This document shows positions 57,684 to 64,000 of a stretch of 64,000 bases of DNA, piece after piece. The translations under genes were made by a program, and so were the position numbers. The notes below the pieces were generated by a model that was given only the letters and a program-made list of their open reading frames with translations, did not search any database and was not told the origin of the DNA. Origin of the DNA: Candidatus Latescibacterota bacterium (GTDB taxonomy: Bacteria > Latescibacterota > UBA2968); contig OZ242010.1 of NCBI GenBank assembly GCA_965204745.1, positions 3,840,001 through 3,904,000 of the forward strand. Direction: 5' to 3'. Within the stretch, counting starts at the first letter, position 1; every line of letters begins with the position of its first letter.

Positions 57684-58883
57684 TTATCCCACCAATGAGA
57701 GGCGCGAGAGGATGTTTTTCGATACTTTTGGCGTGGCGTTTTTTTGCAGTTGCGCGATTTCGCGTTCGATATTTTGCACGTCGCGTTTGGTGTCGTGAAC
57801 CGCGATAGTGAGGTCGCAGTGGTGCGTTTCCCCGGCGTTGAGGCCGATCACGCGCCCGGCGTCGCGTTCAAAGCGTTTGGGATTGGGATAGTTGGTGGCC
57901 GGCTCCAGGCCGGTGACGTACCCATCTCGCAGGGAGGCCGTGTTTTTCCAAAGCGTGAAACACGGCATTTGCTCGCGCGAAAAGTGGAGGGACGATCCCA
58001 GGTTGCCATCGGCGTTTTTGAGCAAGACGGAGGTTTGACCGCCGCGCTTGCCGGCGAGTTCGTAAAAGTACACCTGCTCCACATAGCCCGGCGTGGGGCC
58101 GCTGAATTGGTCGTAAGTTTGGATGGCTTTCTGGGCATGGGGGTCGCGCGGCGACACGGTCTTAAACGGCGCGACCAATGACGCGCCGGCTTCCAAGATG
58201 GGCGCGCCGTAATTGCAGTGGTAGAGGAGTTGCAGTTCCGCGGGCTTGTCGTTGAGATTGGTCACTTGATCCGCGATAGTGAGGCTGTTGCTGCCCAATT
58301 CGGTGGATAGAGCCGTGGTCAGGCGCAGGGCCGGGCCAAACATCATGGTTTCATCCACAATGCCCAAGACCGTGATGCGATGGGGCGGGGACAGGTCGAT
58401 TTGCACCTCCACGTGCCGCGCGGGCAGGTTGGCGATTTTGCCGTGCAGGGGCACGAACACTTCGGCCTCGTTGCCGTTGTTGTCGATCACCACATCCTTG
58501 CCAGGCGCGCCATTGCTGTCTAACCCGCAACGCACGATCCATTCGTTGAACCCCTTGAGCCAGCCCAAGCCGCCTCGGTCATCGAGATCGACAAAGGCCG
58601 GATTGACGAGGTCGCGCACGGGCGATTCCCAGCCCAAGGGAATGCCGCGGTAAATGCCCTTCCAAATACCCATGCCGCGCGTGGGCACGATGAACACAGA
58701 CAGCGCGCCGTTGTCGATTTCGATGAGATCGACCCCGTCTTGCAAGCCGCCTTTGAGCGCGGTTTTTTGCACGCGCCAAGTATGCCCGGTGCCCAGCGGC
58801 AAGGTGGATTCATCGACTGTCCACGCTTCGGTCCAAAGCGCGCGCTCGACATCGGTGAGCACAAAACGGTAAGTGCCTTCCAT
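57684..58883 (-). CDS. Aldose 1-epimerase-like protein (DUF4432)
   Basis: PTRGMG, CGL..NG.P, LHG, LYHCNYG, GLEP. Confidence 0.82.
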   Translation of the reverse strand: MEGTYRFVLTDVERALWTEAWTVDESTLPLGTGHTWRVQKTALKGGLQDGVDLIEIDNGALSVFIVPTRGMGIWKGIYRGIPLGWESPVRDLVNPAFVDLDDRGGLGWLKGFNEWIVRCGLDSNGAPGKDVVIDNNGNEAEVFVPLHGKIANLPARHVEVQIDLSPPHRITVLGIVDETMMFGPALRLTTALSTELGSNSLTIADQVTNLNDKPAELQLLYHCNYGAPILEAGASLVAPFKTVSPRDPHAQKAIQTYDQFSGPTPGYVEQVYFYELAGKRGGQTSVLLKNADGNLGSSLHFSREQMPCFTLWKNTASLRDGYVTGLEPATNYPNPKRFERDAGRVIGLNAGETHHCDLTIAVHDTKRDVQNIEREIAQLQKNATPKVSKNILSRLSLVG

Positions 58884-59019
58884 CGGAATATCCTTTGGTG
58901 TGAGATTCGACCTGACGCATTGAAATATACGGGAAAAGCCCAAAAGTGCAAAGCCCGTTGTTGCGCGGCGCAGGTGATTCGCACTTGCAAGCCCTTATGT
59001 TACTCGATATATTCAAAAT

Positions 59020-59223
59020 TATTGGGACCTACCCCCTGGCCCCCTTCCTACGAGGAAGGGGGAAGAACATCTCTCCGTTACGGGAAGGAGCCGGAGGGGG
59101 GGGCATCCATTGTTTGTTTTAAGACAAGTGCTAAGAGACGATCCGATAATGGATGAGTCGTTCATGTCTTTGGGCGATTGGCCGCGGCTTGCTTCTCACT
59201 CGCTTTTTACTCTTAATTCGCAT
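59020..59223 (+). mobile_element. One-ended copy of the IS982-derived MITE
   Basis: Matches ~37105-37342, ending ACTCTTAATTCGCAT. Confidence 0.75.
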
Positions 59224-59250
59224 TGACAACTGACAACTGACAACTGACCT

Positions 59251-60624
59251 ATGAAACAGACCTTCTTCTTCTGCGGAATAGGCGGCAGTGGCATGAGTGC
59301 CATTGCACAGGTGTTGTTGCACCAAGGCCATGTCGTGCGCGGGTCGGATCGCAGCTATGACCAAGGGCAAAATCCGGATTTGTACGCCCGTTTGCGCGCA
59401 TTGGGAATCGCGTTGTTCCCGCAAGATGGGTCGGGCGTGGATGAGCAGGTGGATGTGCTCGTGGTGTCGAGTGCGGTTGAGCCGACGATTTTGGATGTGA
59501 AGAAGGGGCTGAATCTGGGCATTGCGATCCGCAAACGCGCCGAAGTGTTGGCGGATTTGTTTCACCGGGGAACGGGTGTTGCCATTGGCGGCACGAGTGG
59601 CAAATCGACCGTGACCGGCATGATCGGGCATATCTTGTGCAAAACCGGGCGCGATCCCACGGTGATCAATGGCGGGATCATGCGCGATGCCGCACAGGCG
59701 CGGGGATTGGGCAATGCGATCTGCGGGGACGCCGAGTTGCTCGTCATCGAAGCCGACGAGAGCGATGGCACTATCGCGTTGTACAATCCGACCATATCCA
59801 TTCTGACCAATATCTCGCTGGATCACAAGCCGATAGACGAGTTGCAATCGCTTTTTCGGGACTTTTGCATGCGGGCAACAGACGCGGCGGTGGTGAATCG
59901 CAACTGTACGCGGTCAATGGCCTTGACGCAGGGCGTCCCCCGGCGAGTGACGTTTGGCGTGGATTGCGAGGATGTCGATGTGCAGGTGCGCGAGATAGCC
60001 CTGTTGCCGGATGGGGTGGCGTGCGTCATCAACGGGATACCCTGTCGCTTGCGCGTGCCGGGATGGCACAATGCGAGCAATGTAGCAGCGGCTATCGCAG
60101 CGTGTCGCGTGCTCGGGATCAGCGCAGAGCAAGGAGCCGCGGCATTGGCAGATTTCTCGGGCATCAGCAGGCGGTTGGACATGGTGGGCAAAGCCAACGG
60201 CGTGACCGTGATCGACGATTTCGCCCACAATCCCGACAAAATTGCCGCGACTTTGGCGACACTACACGCACAGCCCGGGCGCGTGCTCTCCGTGTTTCAA
60301 CCGCACGGCTTTGTCCCCACGCGATTTTTGAAGGACGGGCTGATCGCGGCCTTTGTCGAAGGAATGACCGAGGATGATCTGGTGATTCTATCCGAGATTT
60401 TTTACGCTGGCGGCACCGCGCACCGCGATATTTCCTCCCGAGACTTGGTCGTTGAAATCTCAAAGGCCGGGCGCCGCGCCAAATACATCCCCAACCGCGA
60501 AGCCATCATCGCCCGCCTGACCGCAGAAGCCCGTGCGGGTGATCGCATCGTCATCATGGGCGCGCGAGACGATACCCTAACCGCGTTTGCAAAAGCGATA
60601 CTGGATGGGATCCGCGAATCCTAG
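59251..60624 (+). CDS. murC: UDP-N-acetylmuramate--L-alanine ligase family (MurC/Mpl-like)
   Basis: GIGGSGMS, GTSGKST, EADESDG, DDFAHNP, FQPH, MGA. Confidence 0.75.
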   Translation: MKQTFFFCGIGGSGMSAIAQVLLHQGHVVRGSDRSYDQGQNPDLYARLRALGIALFPQDGSGVDEQVDVLVVSSAVEPTILDVKKGLNLGIAIRKRAEVLADLFHRGTGVAIGGTSGKSTVTGMIGHILCKTGRDPTVINGGIMRDAAQARGLGNAICGDAELLVIEADESDGTIALYNPTISILTNISLDHKPIDELQSLFRDFCMRATDAAVVNRNCTRSMALTQGVPRRVTFGVDCEDVDVQVREIALLPDGVACVINGIPCRLRVPGWHNASNVAAAIAACRVLGISAEQGAAALADFSGISRRLDMVGKANGVTVIDDFAHNPDKIAATLATLHAQPGRVLSVFQPHGFVPTRFLKDGLIAAFVEGMTEDDLVILSEIFYAGGTAHRDISSRDLVVEISKAGRRAKYIPNREAIIARLTAEARAGDRIVIMGARDDTLTAFAKAILDGIRES

Positions 60625-60720
60625 CCAACGCCGAAGTCCAGTGACTTTCCGAGGGGTTGGGCGGGGACTGACAACTGACAACTGACAACTGACAACTGCT
60701 TTTCTTTTTTGGAGGAATCC

Positions 60721-61716
60721 ATGAAACGCCTGATCTCATTTCTGAGTACCTGTTTGGTTGCACTCTCGATTCAAGCCGAAGATCTGCCGCGGCGGCCCGT
60801 GGCGACCTATTCCATTGTCGCGCGCGATTCCACCACTGGGCAACTCGGCGTGGCCGTACAGTCGCATTGGTTTTCCGTTGGCCCCATCGTGCCGTGGGCC
60901 GAACCCGGGGTGGGTGCCGTGGCGACGCAATCGCTGGTCGATCCCGCGTATGGGCCGCTTGGCCTAAATTTGATGCGGATGGGCCGCACCGCGCCCGAAG
61001 CACTCAAGGCACTCGTCTCGACTGATGAAGGCGCGGATGTGCGCCAAGTTGCGATGGTCGATGCGAAGGGCAATGTTGCCGCGCATACGGGCAAACGCGC
61101 CATTTTTGCGGCCGGGCATCAGCTAGGTGCGCAGTATTCCGTACAGGCCAATATCATGGAAAAGCCCACGGTTTGGGCAGCCATGGGCGCGGCTTATGAA
61201 TCTGCGGAGGGCGATTTGGCCGAGCGCTTGCTCGCGGCCCTCGAAGCCGCAGAAGCCGAAGGCGGGGACCTGCGCGGGCGACAATCGGCGGCCATTCTCG
61301 TCGTCAGCTCTAAAAATACGCACGAGCCCTGGGTCGACCGCCTGTTTGACCTGCGCGTTGAAGACCATCCCAATCCGGTCGCGGAGTTGCGCCGGCTCGT
61401 CACGTTGCAACGCGCCTATCTCAAGTTGTACGAGGGCGACGAATGGGTTGTCAAAGGCGATATCGAAAAAGCCCTTGCCGCGTACCGCCAAGCCCTTGAG
61501 ATCGTGCCGGACGAGGCCACCAATGGCGAGGCCGCGTTCTGGGTCGGCGTCACCTTGGCGGATACGGGCGATCCGGAGCAAGCCATTCCCTATCTCGCGC
61601 GGGCGTATCAACAGGACAAACGCTGGGCCGAACTCCTCCCTCGCCTACCTGCATCCAAACTCCTGCCCGACGACCCTGCGCTCATCGACCGCTTGGTTCA
61701 AGAAATGAAAAAATAA
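60721..61716 (+). CDS. DUF1028 (Ntn-hydrolase-like) protein with C-terminal TPR
   Basis: TYSIVARD..GVAVQS, GAVATQ, GGDLRGRQSAA, DLRVEDH. Confidence 0.85.
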   Translation: MKRLISFLSTCLVALSIQAEDLPRRPVATYSIVARDSTTGQLGVAVQSHWFSVGPIVPWAEPGVGAVATQSLVDPAYGPLGLNLMRMGRTAPEALKALVSTDEGADVRQVAMVDAKGNVAAHTGKRAIFAAGHQLGAQYSVQANIMEKPTVWAAMGAAYESAEGDLAERLLAALEAAEAEGGDLRGRQSAAILVVSSKNTHEPWVDRLFDLRVEDHPNPVAELRRLVTLQRAYLKLYEGDEWVVKGDIEKALAAYRQALEIVPDEATNGEAAFWVGVTLADTGDPEQAIPYLARAYQQDKRWAELLPRLPASKLLPDDPALIDRLVQEMKK

Positions 61717-61722
61717 AATGCG

Positions 61723-62184
61723 TCAAAATCCGTCCATCCATTCAAACATTTGATAGTGGTTGCCATCCATCCCCAGCGCGCGATAGGTTTTTTGCGCGCG
61801 CTCATTTTCCCGCTCGACATATAGCCTGAGTCCACGCAAATCAGCAGCGCGTTCAACCGCGGTTTTTAACGCTTCGTACATCGCTCGAAAAACGCCTTGG
61901 CGCCGCGCTTTGGGCAACACGTAAACCGAGTGAATCCACACCACAGTGCCGTTGCGCCAATCGCTCCATTCGGGCACGGTCAGCAAACAACCCGCAACTT
62001 CGCCATCGACTTCGGCAATCCAATACGCGCCCTTGTGCGGGTCGTCAAAAACCGCGCGCACGCCCTTTTCCACAGTGGGTCGATCCAGTTCAAATCGCTC
62101 TGTCTCCCACGCCAATCGGAGTTGAAAATCCACGATATAGGGCGCGTCCTCGCGGCGCCCGCGACGAACTTCAATCATCGCCAT
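61723..62184 (-). CDS. GNAT acetyltransferase
   Basis: EWSDWRNG, VYVLPKARRQGV, NERAQKTY..LG. Confidence 0.88.
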   Translation of the reverse strand: MAMIEVRRGRREDAPYIVDFQLRLAWETERFELDRPTVEKGVRAVFDDPHKGAYWIAEVDGEVAGCLLTVPEWSDWRNGTVVWIHSVYVLPKARRQGVFRAMYEALKTAVERAADLRGLRLYVERENERAQKTYRALGMDGNHYQMFEWMDGF

Positions 62185-62192
62185 TTCCTTTC

Positions 62193-62221
62193 TTGACACT
62201 TGGCTTAGCTGTGGGTATTTT
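62193..62221 (+). promoter_or_regulatory. Sigma70-type promoter directly upstream of the tnpB element
   Basis: TTGACA-17 nt-TATTTT. Confidence 0.6.
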
Positions 62222-62224
62222 GGG

Positions 62225-63599
62225 GGCAAGTAACAGTTCGCTATAATCGTATCGTATCGTATAAAATCGTATATTATCGAGCGAAAGCAGTTGGTGTTGA
62301 AGATTGGATAGGCCAATGGTTAAGACGCACAAAAATGCACTGAAGCCGAATAAAGCACAGGCGACGCTGTTGTCAAAGCATTGTGGCTATGCGCGTGTGG
62401 CCTATAATCACGCGCTAAATGTGTTCAAAGATGGCTTGGACAATGACGAGTTTAAGTCGCTTTACACGCTCAAGCGCGAGTTCAATGCCGTGAAGAACGA
62501 GGAGTACGAATGGAATGGCGAATTGTCGCAGAACGCATCCAAGAATGCCATCCACCACCTGGATCGGGCCATAAAGAACTGGCGGAACAAGACTTTGCCT
62601 GCGCGTTTTCCAACACACCGCAAACGCGCACACGGCCAGAGCTATCAAGCGGATAACGGCAAAGGCACAGTCAAGGTCTGTGGCAATGTGGTCTTCTTGC
62701 CCAAAATCCGATGGGTCAAGATGGCCGAATCTTTGCGGTTTGATGGCGAGATTGTCCAAGCCACGGTGACCAAAACGCATAGCCGATGGTTCGTCTGCTT
62801 GTCCGTTGAAACAGGCGAGGAGACGCCCGCCAAGCGCGCAGGAGAGACCATCGGCATTGACATGGGCATCCAGACATTGGCAACGTATTCAGATGGACAG
62901 ACCGTGGAGAATCCCCAAGCGTCTCTTGACCGACACTATCGGAAGTTAAGGCGTGTGGATAAGGCTATCGCACGCTCGCAGAATGTCCACGGCAAGAACA
63001 AGCACAGCAACCGCAGGCAACGTCGGTATGACCAAAGACAACGCATTTATGGCCGCATCGCGAACATTCGCGACGACGTTCACCACAAAGCCACATCCGC
63101 TTTGGTGAAAGCGACGACCGTTGGTAAGGTGATCGTTGAAACGCTGAATGTCGCCGGTATGCGCCAAAACAAGTGTCTGTCTCGCGCTTTCCACCGCGCC
63201 GGCATCGCAGGCTTCTTGCGAATGTTGGCCTACAAGTGCGAATGGTCTGGCGTGGTCTTTGAGAAAGCCGACCGGTGGTTTGCGAGCACGAAGACATGCT
63301 CCGACTGTGGCGAGAAGAAAGTCGCCATGGACCTATCAGAGCGCGACTATGTCTGCCTGGCCTGCGGATTGGTCATCAACCGCGATTTGAACGCGGCAAA
63401 GAACTTGGCACACTACGACGCGGCAAGCCATGCCGAGTCGCAAAACGGACGTGGAGATGCCGTAAGACGGACACGAGGTTGTAAGTGCGTGGACGCATGC
63501 CCTGTGAAGCGTCAATCAAATCAACTGTCATTTGCTTTCGCATAACTTTGCGATAGTATGCGATAAATGAATGCGATTTCATACGATTTGAAGGAGCGG
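62225..63599 (+). mobile_element. tnpB-only IS607-type element (no tnpA)
   Basis: Preceded by TGGGGG, ends AAGGAGCGG; inverted subterminal ATCGTATRAAATCGYAT motifs at both ends. Confidence 0.7.
62316..63545 (+). CDS. tnpB: RNA-guided endonuclease TnpB
   Basis: N-terminal HTH; RuvC GIDMG / VETLN / RDLNAA intact; Zn ribbon CSDC..CLAC. Confidence 0.93.
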   Translation: MVKTHKNALKPNKAQATLLSKHCGYARVAYNHALNVFKDGLDNDEFKSLYTLKREFNAVKNEEYEWNGELSQNASKNAIHHLDRAIKNWRNKTLPARFPTHRKRAHGQSYQADNGKGTVKVCGNVVFLPKIRWVKMAESLRFDGEIVQATVTKTHSRWFVCLSVETGEETPAKRAGETIGIDMGIQTLATYSDGQTVENPQASLDRHYRKLRRVDKAIARSQNVHGKNKHSNRRQRRYDQRQRIYGRIANIRDDVHHKATSALVKATTVGKVIVETLNVAGMRQNKCLSRAFHRAGIAGFLRMLAYKCEWSGVVFEKADRWFASTKTCSDCGEKKVAMDLSERDYVCLACGLVINRDLNAAKNLAHYDAASHAESQNGRGDAVRRTRGCKCVDACPVKRQSNQLSFAFA

Positions 63600-63638
63600 T
63601 AAATAACGGATGACACAACTCAACACGAGGAGGTTGCA

Positions 63639-63968
63639 ATGGCATTAGACACGTACAAAGCCGTCAAGAAGCTCCAAGAAGTCGGGTTCGACGAAGCCCA
63701 GGCCGCAATGGTGATTAGAATGATCGGCGAGGCATTTGACAATTCCGTAGCGACAAAGGCCGACATAGCGGCTGTTCGCACGGAGTTGGTGGCACAGGGT
63801 GCGGAGTTGCGCGCCGAGATTCAAGAAGTTCGCGCCGAGTTGCACGTCGAGGCCAAGGCGATTCGGGCTGAAATCCGCGATCTTGAACAGCGCATGACGA
63901 TCAAGTTGGGCGGCCTTCTCGTGCTCGCCTTGACTTTGCTCACCGCCATTAACAAATGGCTTGGCTGA
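63639..63968 (+). CDS. DUF1640/CCDC90-like coiled-coil protein with C-terminal TM
   Basis: DTYKAVKKLQEVGFDEAQA, ATKADI, MTIKLG; RBS GAGGAGG. Confidence 0.8.
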   Translation: MALDTYKAVKKLQEVGFDEAQAAMVIRMIGEAFDNSVATKADIAAVRTELVAQGAELRAEIQEVRAELHVEAKAIRAEIRDLEQRMTIKLGGLLVLALTLLTAINKWLG

Positions 63969-64000
63969 CGATCCGCGAGATCGTTTTTGCGAAAGGGCTT

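Overview
Bacterial chromosomal window (mostly ~55-65% GC by eye) rich in repeats and IS elements. Housekeeping genes include rpsT, tRNA-Lys, a cysH/cysM/mec/cysO sulfur-carrier cysteine pathway and a murC-like ligase. There are two accessory loci built around dynamin-like GTPases. (1) At 0.5-10.6 kb, a three-dynamin Eleos/LeoABC-like operon whose last GTPase carries a repetitive coiled coil and two helix-hairpin-helix modules and is coupled to an orphan HigA; it is interrupted by IS701, IS5 and a protein-free IS607-type mini-element that keeps an omegaRNA scaffold homologous to the tnpB element at 62-63.6 kb. (2) At 21.5-34.8 kb, a co-oriented island inside the cys operon: TA modules, a HicB-like gene split by a composite IS701 transposon, dynamin, membrane protein, caspase/CHAT-like protease, Rpn plus a free RpnS-like copy, HerA-like ATPase, WHH nuclease and SMI1 immunity protein. 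Also present: two IS110 copies whose bridge-RNA guides can be read directly and match their donor and target junctions, a standalone structured transcript with a 19-codon ORF, a halogenase/CoA-ligase/glycosyltransferase/ABC cluster, and several nested MITE and REP families. Family assignments come from motif recognition only; no database searches or folding programs were run.
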